DNA from: Verrucomicrobiota bacterium
Lineage (GTDB): Bacteria; Verrucomicrobiota; Verrucomicrobiia; Limisphaerales; CANJXF01
Direction of reading: 5' to 3'
Length of the DNA stretch: 36,083 bases
Assembly (NCBI GenBank): GCA_038214755.1
Contig: JBBQRQ010000051.1
Location: 1-36,083 of the forward strand
In this document: piece after piece, positions 9,401 through 16,483 of the stretch
How positions within the stretch are numbered: position 1 is the first letter of the stretch
Layout of the letters: each line of letters starts with the position of its first letter
The notes under the pieces: model-generated
Seen by the model: the letters and a program-made list of their open reading frames with translations, nothing else
Databases searched by the model: none
Told to the model about the DNA's origin: nothing
Program-made: the position numbers and the translations under genes

Positions 9401-10791
9401 CCGCCGCCCAGGCCACCTCCACCGGACAAAACCCGGCCATCAGGTAGAAGCAACGCGAGCGAATGATAATTGCGCGGGACGTTGGCATCGGCCGCGTTGC
9501 GCCATTGGGCGGTAGTGGGGTTCCAGATTTCGGGAGTGAGAATCGAGCCGGTGTCGTTGAATTTCAGACCCGAAGTGTTACCACCCATGACCATGACTTC
9601 GCCATTGGGCAACACGACACCATTGGCGAATTGCCGCGCGAACCTCATCGAAGCGGCGGGCGTTATGATGGGTGTGCCGGTGCGGACATCGACGGTGTAG
9701 GCGCTGCCACTACTCGTTCCGGTGGTGGTATCACTCGCATTGGCCGTGGTATTGGCGCCGCCTCCCGCCACGAGAATTCTTCCTTCGTTATACATCACCC
9801 ACGATCCTTCCTTGGGATAGTTGACGCCGGGAACAGTCGTGCCGGTGTTGCTCATCGCGCCACTGCCGTCCGGTGAAATCCAGTGCATGGTGTCCGTGGG
9901 GCCGAAGTGAATAAGCCGTCCATCTGGCGCGAGTAACAGGAACGGATGCCAGCTGGTGATGTAACCCGGCTCGCTCGTGACGAGGTTCCAATTGATGCCG
10001 GTCAACCGACTCCAACCACTCGCTGGATCCCATCGCTCCGCCGTGCCCGAGCCACCACTACCGCTCACGGTCCAGACGCGGCCATTCGGGAGTGCGACGG
10101 TGGTGTTGTACCAGCGCGGATCATTCATGTCCGGCGTGCGCGTCCAGGTGTTGTTTCTCCAATCGAAGATACTCGAACGCACGGTGGTATTGCGCCCGCC
10201 ATTCACAAGGACTCGTCCATCCGGCAATGTGACTAATGCGCCGCAGAACATATCGTGCGAGGGATGATTGTATTCCACGAATTGTCCCGTCGCCGGATTC
10301 CAGGTGGCGGCGTAGGTAAACTCCGGGCCTGACGGAAATGTCGTGCGCTGGTTGGAAGCAAACGTCAGCACACGCCCGTCGGGCAATGTCGCCGCGGAAA
10401 CCGGGATGTGTGGAGTCCAGGGAATTACTGCGCCCCACTCGCCCAATGTGATTCGGTCCGATGGTGCGGTTGCCGCCACGGCTGCCAACTTGGAGGCCGG
10501 AAGGAGCGCCGCCACTTCCGCATCAAAGGCGTCCTGTTGGGCATGACGATCCACATCGGCGCGCGCGAGCGGTTGCAGGAAAATCATCGCGCCGCACAAA
10601 ATGGTGAGCACGATAGGAATGACCTTACAGCGATTGCCAAAATAAATTTCCGGATAGAACGGAGCGCGGAGCATTGCTCCGCTCGGAAATGGATGGCGCA
10701 ACGCGCAGAGCAATGCTCTGCGCTCCGATCGGAAATTTACGTCTTTTCGGAAATTTATTTGGGAAACCACTCTAGGATGACGAATGCGCAT
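3436..10791 (-). CDS. Giant secreted multidomain protein: galactose-oxidase-like copper radical oxidase (kelch + DUF1929), putative Ig repeats, legume-lectin-like, PKD, YVTN-type beta-propeller, diheme cytochrome c peroxidase-like domain, MBG-like repeats, beta-sandwich, FN3, C-terminal RFYR domain
   Basis: Copper radical oxidase motifs HDMFCG, PRWY, RNYHS and ITHS. Ig repeats WSATGLPAGLSIN x2; lectin GADGLTFV/VAVEIDN; PKD YRWNFGDG; heme motifs CAGCH and CAQCH plus DTPTL..LWETAPYLHDG; FN3 PTNLIATAVSSSQINLAW. The start may be 10674 (M40); a signal peptide ends ...QPLARA/D. Confidence 0.88.
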   Translation of the reverse strand: MRIRHPRVVSQINFRKDVNFRSERRALLCALRHPFPSGAMLRAPFYPEIYFGNRCKVIPIVLTILCGAMIFLQPLARADVDRHAQQDAFDAEVAALLPASKLAAVAATAPSDRITLGEWGAVIPWTPHIPVSAATLPDGRVLTFASNQRTTFPSGPEFTYAATWNPATGQFVEYNHPSHDMFCGALVTLPDGRVLVNGGRNTTVRSSIFDWRNNTWTRTPDMNDPRWYNTTVALPNGRVWTVSGSGGSGTAERWDPASGWSRLTGINWNLVTSEPGYITSWHPFLLLAPDGRLIHFGPTDTMHWISPDGSGAMSNTGTTVPGVNYPKEGSWVMYNEGRILVAGGGANTTANASDTTTGTSSGSAYTVDVRTGTPIITPAASMRFARQFANGVVLPNGEVMVMGGNTSGLKFNDTGSILTPEIWNPTTAQWRNAADANVPRNYHSLALLLPDGRVLSGGGGLGGGDHRDAQLFTPANLFNADGTPATRPVLNTAPSSIGVGTKFLVSGTPAMQKFAFIKMSAITHSVNTDLRYLSLLFTETSSGNYQITSHSSLNVMTPGYWMLFGLNAAGVHSISKIILVDATTSVDVVPPGNQASYVGQSVSLPMIGSAPTGSLLTWSATGLPAGLSINSATGRITGTPTSAGVSSVRVTLSNGNSSDFENFSWTIQPQTFTQNFANFASASSLTLNGNAAITAGALRLASNVANQVGSAFLSSPVAIGSNSSLNTRFVFRIHGTADGADGLTFVVQGNGASSIGTVGAGLGYEGMTRSVAVEIDNYQGASDPNANHLGILSNGNVVTHLTTYTPGWDLENALSHTVWVEYDGPANQLRVYIAQGIVTQRPGSPVMIANVDLPALLGGLAWFGFTGATGGAFNNHDIESWSLTVNAFALPAQPVLTAPINRTTVVGVAVTTQMQATDANGDLLTWSATGLPTGLSINPTSGLISGTPSVGGIFSPTITVADGNTLPVSASFTWTINNVLTVQPLAGIAVAAGTSVAMTAQSSGGLNSQYRWNFGDGSPETSFSSSPSTSHLFSTPGRYLVTVTVRDDTGREVTASYRQGVYAPLTAAKPTASSSIAYEVRTGTNSRLWVVNPDNDSVTVFDAVTRAKLAEVNVGRAPRTVAIASDGRVWVANTESATLTILRSDYSVAQTVNLPRGSRPFGIVFDPAGLNAYVALEDAGKILKLNPTTGTTIAALNVGPHVRHLSVTADGAQIFATRFVTPRLPGEETANVQTTMNGVNYGGEVLVINATTFILEDTIILQHSEEPDTSNSGKGIPNYLGAAAISPDGQSAWVPSKQDNIKRGTLRNGGVLTHDMTMRSIASRIDLVNGSEDLTGRIDFDNTGVASAAAFNPNGIFLFTALEGSREITVADAWAKEEILRFDAGRAPQGLVLSPDGRTLFVHNFMDRTITIHDLSALANGADTAPPAPVVLNCVTTEKLTATVLRGKQFFYDTRDTRVAFQQYMSCAGCHNDGGQDGRVWDFTQFGEGLRNTITLRGHATQGPLHWTGNFDEVQDFEGQIRNFALGTGLMSDANFHAGTRSQPLGDSKAGLSADLDALAAYVSSLTKHGESPDRNADGTLTVAAQAGRTIFLQQNCAQCHSGSQFTDSALNVFHDVGTLKPSSGGRLGVALTGLDTPTLSGLWETAPYLHDGSAATLEEAISAHTGVNLSSGNVSNLVAFLRQLDDSSIAPVPATVTWLNPASIIYGVALSATQLNATASVPGTFVYAPALGTVLNAGNGRILSVTFTPNDSANYSSVTTTVLLNVLKSPLTITAQNKAKVYGAAMPAFSVTYAGFVNGDTSASLDSPVNLSSSATFASSVGTYPITALGAADANYTITHANGTLTVNRASLTIRADDKSRVVGQTNPPLTATYTGLVNGESATILDSPVILSTGASSGSLAGVYPIVAAGAADSNYTITHVNGTLTVAPTAALPSPWQHQDVGAVGLVGDATYSSGTFTVKGSGTDIWNAADGFHFVYQPWTGNCELIARVVSVGNTDPWAKAGVMFRENLTTGSRHAMMVITPGNGSAFQRRTTNAAASTHTAGPVVTAPYWVKLVRIGSAIEGYVSANGTTWTLVGSVALALPDPIYIGLAVTAHNDTALSASTFTGVQTGVPPLPTPLAPTNLIATAVSSSQINLAWSAGSTNQTGFRIERSTNGTTFTQIATTSAGTTTYSNSGVSVGMTYYYRVSATNTFGDSPYSAVASATTLTFSAKINFQPASAPMPTGYLPDGGLVYGNRGNGYTYGWNTTNTSWARDRDSSRSADQRYDTLNYMQASGGARTWEIAVPNGSYQVLVVAGDASNFDSVYRLNAEGVLTVSGTPTSAARWMWGARTITVSDGRLTISNGSGASNNKICFIDITAVATGGIAASSPQLQGPIRLGWVDQDNDGRVTLQLEDSAVGPCLIEASDDLQTWQPVSVVYDSDGMVSFDDSVSVGSSQRFYRAVLIP

Positions 10792-10795
10792 AGTG

Positions 10796-12676
10796 TTATT
10801 TGGTTTTGGAAAGCTGGACGGGTGAGGAATCCACCGTAACGAAATTTTCGTCGGTGAGCGTCTTGAGAAAAGCGACTAGAGCGGCCTTGTCTTCCGCGCT
10901 CAAGCCGAGACCTGATTCCGGATGTTTGGCCAGGTTCGGATCAAGCGTTGGCGACCGATGAAGTTTCCCATTGTAGTGTTCGACTACTTCTTCCAACGTG
11001 GCGAAACGCCCATCGTGCATATAGGGCGCGGTCAAGGCCACGTTGCGCAGTGTCGGCACTTTGAACTTGCCTCGGTCGGTCTCTGACTTCGTGACCTCCA
11101 TTCGCCCCAAATCATTCCCGCGTTTCTCTAGTCCATTGTTTAGGAACTGGTGATTGCTGAAAAGATTTCCGCCGTGGCAATGAAAACAATCCGCGCCGCG
11201 CAGCCCGCGCCGTGGGTCGTGCTCGGTGACAAATAACTGCAAACCTCGCTGCTCCTGCGAGGTCAACTCAGTCACCTTGCGCGCCGCGCGGTCGAACTTC
11301 GACTCTTGTGAAATTTGCGTCAGGAGAAACTGCTCTAGCGCGAGGGACATTCGCTCCGAAGTAATACCGACGGTACCGAAGGCTGCCTTGAATTGCGTCC
11401 GGTAATCGTGTTCAGCACTGAGCTTCACAACCACGCGGCTCAACGTTTCGTTCATCTCGTGCGCGTCCTGGATCGGAAGCAGCACCTGTTCGCGCAAAGA
11501 TTTCGCCCGTCCATCCCAGAAGAACTCCTGCGCCCAAGCGAGGTTCACGAGTGGCATGGCATTTCTGCGGCCAGCATCACCGTTAACGCCGAGGCTGAAG
11601 CTTCTACCGTCCGTAAAAGCTTTCGAACGATCATGACAACTCGCGCACGATTGGGCGTTGTTCTGAGATAACCGGGCGTCGTGAAAGAGCCGCCGCCCGA
11701 GTTCCACGCCTTCAACCGTCAAAGGATTGTCCGCCGGTAATTTCACCTTGGGCAACCGTTCCGAAATGTTCAGGTGGAAAGGCGTCGTGCCGTCTGGCAT
11801 CAAGCGAGGTGACGGTTGCACCAAATCCTTTGGCTGGTAGAGATCCGTCTGCACGCTCTTGACTCTGAATGAATGCGCGACCCGTTCCTTGAGAACTGAC
11901 GCCAACGCATCGCCCTCGCGCGAGTGAGTCGAAGAAACTGCGCGCACTACTTCTCCCGTCGTCAACACGGAGGCGAGTTCCATTCCCAGACGGATGGTCG
12001 TCGGTTGCGCGCCCGAGAACTTCACCGGCAACTCGACGATCATGGGCTTCGTCGCTCCGGCCAGATGATAGGAAAACCCGCCGGTCTTTTCCTTGGCCGG
12101 CTCCCAATGCCCTTCGATGGCCAAAAAGATATAACCACTTCGCCATCCCCAGTGCAGGCCGCAGACAGCCGGATGCAGCGGATGGTCCGGCGGACGTTGC
12201 TGTGGATCGCTCGCATCCGTTTCCGCATCCACTCCAACTCGGAATCGAATCGCTTTGAACTCTTGCGCGAGCAGGCCATCGGCTGTGCCCGAAAGACGGA
12301 GCTTTTCTGCGCTCAGGAAAACCTGCCAACGATCGGATTCCAGCCAACTGCCATCGGTGCGCTGGAGAGCCAATTGAGAGAGCAATCCATCGAGACGGCT
12401 GATGGACATTCCATCCACTCGCGCGCCCGGAAGTTTCTTGTTCAGCGCCAGCGGACGACCCTGCCACTCCGGTTCAAATTCCAATTGCAGTTTCTGGCCG
12501 AACATCTGTGGTGAAAAAATCAGCCATCCAAGAACAACCCAACACGCCATCCGCGCCCCCAGGAAGTTCCCTCGGTTTATTTGTATGTTCTTCTGTTTGT
12601 CAGACTCGATTCGTATAGCTGAAAAGAGAATCGCCGCCGAAGAACAGGAGAGAAACTTCTTAAAAGATATTATCAT
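10796..12676 (-). CDS. MbnP-like copper-binding domain fused to an MbnH/MauG-family diheme cytochrome c peroxidase
   Basis: N-terminal FRVGVD...PPDHPL...GLHWGWRSGYIFLAIEG carries the MbnP WxW motif. C-terminal PADNPLT.EGVELGRRLFHD.RLS, CASCH, FFWDGRA, CFHCH, FKVPTLRNVALTAPYMHDG. Start uncertain: 12823 in the ORF track, 12676 or 12550 more plausible. Ends 4 bp before the longest start (10791) of the giant gene. Confidence 0.88.
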   Translation of the reverse strand: MIISFKKFLSCSSAAILFSAIRIESDKQKNIQINRGNFLGARMACWVVLGWLIFSPQMFGQKLQLEFEPEWQGRPLALNKKLPGARVDGMSISRLDGLLSQLALQRTDGSWLESDRWQVFLSAEKLRLSGTADGLLAQEFKAIRFRVGVDAETDASDPQQRPPDHPLHPAVCGLHWGWRSGYIFLAIEGHWEPAKEKTGGFSYHLAGATKPMIVELPVKFSGAQPTTIRLGMELASVLTTGEVVRAVSSTHSREGDALASVLKERVAHSFRVKSVQTDLYQPKDLVQPSPRLMPDGTTPFHLNISERLPKVKLPADNPLTVEGVELGRRLFHDARLSQNNAQSCASCHDRSKAFTDGRSFSLGVNGDAGRRNAMPLVNLAWAQEFFWDGRAKSLREQVLLPIQDAHEMNETLSRVVVKLSAEHDYRTQFKAAFGTVGITSERMSLALEQFLLTQISQESKFDRAARKVTELTSQEQRGLQLFVTEHDPRRGLRGADCFHCHGGNLFSNHQFLNNGLEKRGNDLGRMEVTKSETDRGKFKVPTLRNVALTAPYMHDGRFATLEEVVEHYNGKLHRSPTLDPNLAKHPESGLGLSAEDKAALVAFLKTLTDENFVTVDSSPVQLSKTK

Positions 12677-12708
12677 TGCCAGCCAGAAACTGAGTAACGA
12701 CGCTTCAA

Positions 12709-12724
12709 AGCACCCGCTATACCA
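12709..12724 (-). promoter_or_regulatory. Possible sigma-54 (-24/-12) promoter for the MbnPH / copper radical oxidase operon
   Basis: The minus strand reads TGGTATAGCGGGTGCT: GG-N10-GC spacing with TGGYAY and TGCT, ~30 bp upstream of ATG 12676. A single motif match only. Confidence 0.35.
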
Positions 12725-12876
12725 CGAAGCTGGATGAGGATTAGCCAAGGTTCTAAACAACTGCCTGCTAATGGTTTTCACTAAACCGAAAGAGGTATCT
12801 CCAGTATGTAGATACGTCGGCAAAGTGTAAAATAAGCCTCTGGTTTTCGGAAGTTTTTACAGGTCGGCGTAGCCGC

Positions 12877-13037
12877 GCAACGTAACCGTACAATGGTGTA
12901 TCCTCAGTGAAGCCATGAACCACAGCCTCCATCACAAGACCGACCATGCCATGTGCGCGTCGTATCGAAATCTTACCGGGAACATTTCATTGCACCATAA
13001 TCTCTACTCCACTTGTCGCGACCGCCACCCTACTCTG
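12877..13037 (+). pseudogene. 161-bp orphan fragment of the pectate lyase gene (copy of 20139-20299)
   Basis: Identical to 20139-20299 except three substitutions (GTA/GTG, GAA/GAG, AAT/AAC). Encodes NVTVQWCILSEAMNHSLHHKTDHAMCASYRNLTGNISLHHNLYSTCRDRHPTL, then diverges. Confidence 0.9.
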
Positions 13038-13163
13038 CTTCCACCTCTTCCTGATATGTGCAGGTCGAATGCAGAACATAGTAGTTGTAGATGTCATTAA
13101 TCCCGATCAGATCGGATTCGAGAGCCGGGCGAATGGCGCAATGGGTCATTTGCTGCGACCTGT

Positions 13164-14846
13164 TCATTTGACAAGGGTATTCAAATAATTCTCCAGGTTC
13201 GTGTAGCCATTCTTTGTCATCGCGTTGCCGTCAGCGGAATTGTTTGAATTCAGGCCGTGCTTTTTTTCCCATTCGTCGGGGATTCCGTCGTGATCGGAAT
13301 CCACCGGCGCAGGTGTGGATTTTAGTTCCGGCCAGCCACCGACTTCTTTTTGCGAATCGATAATTCCTTTTTTGCCGCCGCGATACGTTTCGCCGTAAGT
13401 GGCGGTGCCCGTGCGAATTTCTTCGATGACCCGTTCGTCCACTGAATCACTCACGAGGGAGCAACCCGCCTGCGCCAAGACGAGTTTGTAGGCTTCTTCG
13501 GCGGATTGCGTTTTCACCGGCGCGACGACAAAGGGTTCATTCACGCGCAAGGTTTTTTCGCTTCCGCCTTTCTCCTTCGAGTAATCAATTCCGCCGTTCC
13601 AGTTGTCTTTGGAAATTTCCGGGAAGCCCAAAACAAAATTCCCGTCGCAATACATTTTTCCCTCTGGCCCATTTTGCTCGAAGATCCTGCGACGCACATT
13701 TTCAGACGTGGCCGGGCCGGGTTTGTAATAATTATTGATCCAATTGCGCGGCCAAAGTTCGCCGCCGTAGGCGCTGTTAAAACCCCAGTTGTAAATCACG
13801 TTGTTGCGATAATCCAGCAGGCCGGATTCTTTATTTCCAGAAGCGCGCGGATTGCGACTGGTGTGATGCGCCAAAATATTGTGATGCCACGAACCGCCCG
13901 GACCGCCCCAGAGTCCGCCGTAACCGTGATCGCCTTTTTTATGCAATGAGTGGCTTAAACTTTCGCTGACCAAACACCATTGCACGGTCAGATTTGCGCC
14001 TTTGTTGATTGAAAAAGTTTCGTCAACGCCCCAACTCGCCGTGCAATGATCAATGATGATGTGATCGCCTTTGCCACCGAAACCGTCCTGCTCCTGTTGA
14101 CTTTCATCGCCGGGCCGAAAACGCAGGTAACGAATAATCATGTCGTGAATGTCGAAATTGACCTGGAAGTTTTTGACGCAAATTCCGTCGCCGGGCGCGG
14201 TCTGGCCCGCGATGGTGAGAAATGGATTGGTAATTTTAAATTTCGATTCGAGCGGGATCGTTCCTGAAACACGGAAGACAACGGTGCGCGGACCTTCCGC
14301 CATGCACGCCGCGCGAAAACTTCCCGGCCCGCTGTCGTTGAGATTCGTGACCTCGATTACTTTTCCGCCGCGACCGCCGAGCGTGTATTTTCCAAAACCT
14401 TCCGCGCCGGGAAAAGCGGGCGCGCGATTCGGTCGCAAGTTGGAGAGCGTGACCGTCCCCGCTTTATAATCGTAACTCAAATCGTAGAGCCAGCCGTCAG
14501 GCAGAACGACGCGATCAAAACGTCCTTTGATCTGCGCGCCGGAATCAAACAGACGCAGCACCGAGTTTTCGTGGGGCTGAATTGGGCCGGTCAATTGAAG
14601 TTCCAAAATGCCGGCGAGATGCCATGAGCCGGATTTAATTGGATGCAAAACTTCATGGTCATTGACTTGAAAAACAGTTCTCTCTGCGCTTTCTTGCCAG
14701 GAAATATTTGCGTCCGATCCCTCCGAAGATTTTTGCGGCAGAGCGCATCCGAAATGGATTCCGCTCAAAAACATCCCAGTCATCCATCGAATTTTTGTTG
14801 GAGAAAAAACAGGCGCGAGAAAAATTTTTTGGCAAGACATGCGCAT
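13164..14846 (-). CDS. Pectate lyase (PL1-like) with an extra N-terminal domain, possibly a lipoprotein
   Basis: AFPGAEGFGKYTLGGRGG, LNDSGPGSFR, IAGQTAPGDG, IIDHCTASWGVDE, RNPR, and C-terminal DSDHDGIPDEWE..GYTNLENYLN. Start taken at ATG 14846 (or 14783); the ORF-track extension to 15425 overlaps AraC and a REP. Confidence 0.88.
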   Translation of the reverse strand: MRMSCQKIFLAPVFSPTKIRWMTGMFLSGIHFGCALPQKSSEGSDANISWQESAERTVFQVNDHEVLHPIKSGSWHLAGILELQLTGPIQPHENSVLRLFDSGAQIKGRFDRVVLPDGWLYDLSYDYKAGTVTLSNLRPNRAPAFPGAEGFGKYTLGGRGGKVIEVTNLNDSGPGSFRAACMAEGPRTVVFRVSGTIPLESKFKITNPFLTIAGQTAPGDGICVKNFQVNFDIHDMIIRYLRFRPGDESQQEQDGFGGKGDHIIIDHCTASWGVDETFSINKGANLTVQWCLVSESLSHSLHKKGDHGYGGLWGGPGGSWHHNILAHHTSRNPRASGNKESGLLDYRNNVIYNWGFNSAYGGELWPRNWINNYYKPGPATSENVRRRIFEQNGPEGKMYCDGNFVLGFPEISKDNWNGGIDYSKEKGGSEKTLRVNEPFVVAPVKTQSAEEAYKLVLAQAGCSLVSDSVDERVIEEIRTGTATYGETYRGGKKGIIDSQKEVGGWPELKSTPAPVDSDHDGIPDEWEKKHGLNSNNSADGNAMTKNGYTNLENYLNTLVK

Positions 14847-14934
14847 CGGACTAACATCGGTTTTCCTGGCGCGCAATTTTAATTTGGAAATGAAAAGTTT
14901 TTGCGCGCGGCGTGGACGCGGGTTGCCCAAACGG

Positions 14935-15038
14935 AAAAGGAGCGCGGACGTTCTCGTCCGCGCGAATTCGAAGTAGTGAAAACACCTGCGTTTTTGTTGA
15001 CCTCGGAAAACGCGGACGAGAACGTCCGCGCTCCTTTT
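14935..15038. repeat. REPIN-like element with perfect 28-bp inverted arms
   Basis: aaaaggagcgcggacgttctcgtccgcg (14935-14962) and cgcggacgagaacgtccgcgctcctttt (15011-15038). It lies in the divergent promoter region between the lyase and AraC. Confidence 0.85.
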
Positions 15039-16116
15039 GTTATGGGCGACCCGCCTCAAGATTCGCCTGGAGTTTTTTCTCTTTAAAATTGAATTGCCAT
15101 TTCCCACTTGGCAAATTTTCGGTGTGACCGGACCGCAACTATTTCCGAAGCCCTCTTTCATCGCGACGCCACTTCCGGCGCTGGATGGTGGAGAGCGGGT
15201 CATCCGCCCGAAATCGGTTCCGGTGCCGCCGTTCGGGGTCGCCGTTTTTGAAAGTCGGCACGGGCCGGGGTTCGTGGGCAAGTTGCAAGACGACTTCTCC
15301 AAGTTTCTGCTGATTATCGGCGGCCAGGCCGAGTGGGAAGCGAAAGGAAAAAAAGTCACGGTCGCCACGAACAGCCTCGTGCATATTCCCGCTGGTCTGT
15401 CGCATCGCCAGCAGGATTCTCCCAATGACCCGGTGGTGCTTTACGCGATTCATTATCGGCCAACGGTGTTGCCGGATTTTTTGCGGCGCGACCTTTTGCA
15501 ACCAGGTCTTTTACATTGGGACCTGTCGGCCTATCTCTCGTCGCTGGCTCGCGCGGTGCGCTCTGATTTTCAGGAAATGCTTTTTGAGCAGGGGGACCAA
15601 CGGCAGGGATGGGAATGGGTTTTATGTTCGCGCCTGGTCGAGTTGGCCGTGCGCGCCATCCGCATTTATCACGACGATAACGACGGGCATCGCCCACTTT
15701 TTATCAAGGGAACCGATAGCGCCGAACGGGTCGCCCGTTACGCGCTGCGATTGCAAACGCAATTTTATCTTCGGCAAACTTTGGATGAAGCGGCGGTGGC
15801 GACGGGCTTGAGCCGGCGGCAATTCACGGAAATGTTTCGCAAAGTGACGGGTGAGAGTTGGAAACAATATATTTACAAATTGCGGCTGCAACACAGCCGG
15901 AAACTTTTATTGCAGACCGACAAAACGGTCACGGCCGCAGCTTTTGAAAGTGGATTTGAAGACTTATCGCATTTCAATCATGCGTTTAAAAAAGCGTTCT
16001 TCTGTTCGCCGCAAGCGATTCGTCAACAGCAGGAGCAGTCCCTTAAACGTTCATTGAACCCCGCCAAAGTTGCCGCGAGAAAATCTTCGATCCTGGCTGC
16101 GCCGCGAGCAAAGTAG
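15037..16116 (+). CDS. AraC-family transcriptional regulator with an N-terminal cupin domain
   Basis: Cupin segment LVHIPAGLSHRQQD; C-terminal double HTH LDEAAVATGLSRRQFTEMFRKVTG...LRLQHSRKLL...AAFESGFEDLSHFNHAFKK. The true start may be further downstream (e.g. GTG 15124). Confidence 0.9.
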   Translation: MLWATRLKIRLEFFLFKIELPFPTWQIFGVTGPQLFPKPSFIATPLPALDGGERVIRPKSVPVPPFGVAVFESRHGPGFVGKLQDDFSKFLLIIGGQAEWEAKGKKVTVATNSLVHIPAGLSHRQQDSPNDPVVLYAIHYRPTVLPDFLRRDLLQPGLLHWDLSAYLSSLARAVRSDFQEMLFEQGDQRQGWEWVLCSRLVELAVRAIRIYHDDNDGHRPLFIKGTDSAERVARYALRLQTQFYLRQTLDEAAVATGLSRRQFTEMFRKVTGESWKQYIYKLRLQHSRKLLLQTDKTVTAAAFESGFEDLSHFNHAFKKAFFCSPQAIRQQQEQSLKRSLNPAKVAARKSSILAAPRAK

Positions 16117-16205
16117 GGCAAGGCGTCTGGTCTGCCCAGTGAAGTAGCCACTCAAACCTTTTCGCCAAAAGAAAAGATGGGCAGGCGAGACGCCTGCCCT
16201 ACTTT
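16110..16205. repeat. GTAG-type REPIN overlapping the AraC stop codon
   Basis: aaagtagggcaaggcgtctggtctgccca ... tgggcaggcgagacgcctgccctacttt. The TAG of the left GTAG is the AraC stop (16114-16116). Confidence 0.8.
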
Positions 16206-16410
16206 GAAAAGAGGCGGTGAGATCCCCCCGCAATTCCGAGGGAAGCTTGGTTGGAGATTTCGCGATAAGGAGATGGGCGGTTATCGAATCATGACGATGG
16301 AGATATTTCTGTATCATCGGCCCACCTTTTGCCGCCCAAATCTTCAAGAGAAATCGCCCGAAAAACCCTAGACGTTCCCAGGAAGGAGAGATACGGTTCA
16401 TCATCACGAA

Positions 16411-16467
16411 AAGTAGCCCTGTTCGGACGACGAAATGCGCCGAAGGCATAGGACATGCGGCTGGCTT
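16411..16467 (+). promoter_or_regulatory. Candidate cis-regulatory RNA (three-way junction) in the leader of the prepilin-like operon
   Basis: P1 AAGUAGCC/GGCUG(G)CUU, P2 UUCGG/CCGAA enclosing a GAAA-containing loop, P3 GCAU/AUGC. Ends 16 nt before ATG 16484. Family not recognised. Confidence 0.35.
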
Positions 16468-16483
16468 GCGGATAACGAATTAG

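Noticed and set aside
10796..12823. Methanobactin biosynthetic cluster
   Set aside because: Only the MbnP/MbnH-like fusion is present. No precursor peptide, MbnB/MbnC or TonB-dependent transporter was seen nearby.
14847..15425. 193-aa N-terminal extension of the minus-strand pectate lyase ORF
   Set aside because: It runs through a REPIN and antisense to AraC, with no domain-like sequence. A signal-like segment begins only near 14846-14783.
16380..16470. Glycine riboswitch (GGAGAG ... CGCCGAAGG)
   Set aside because: The downstream CTCTCAGG element is absent and the gene context does not fit. Kept only as an unassigned structured leader.
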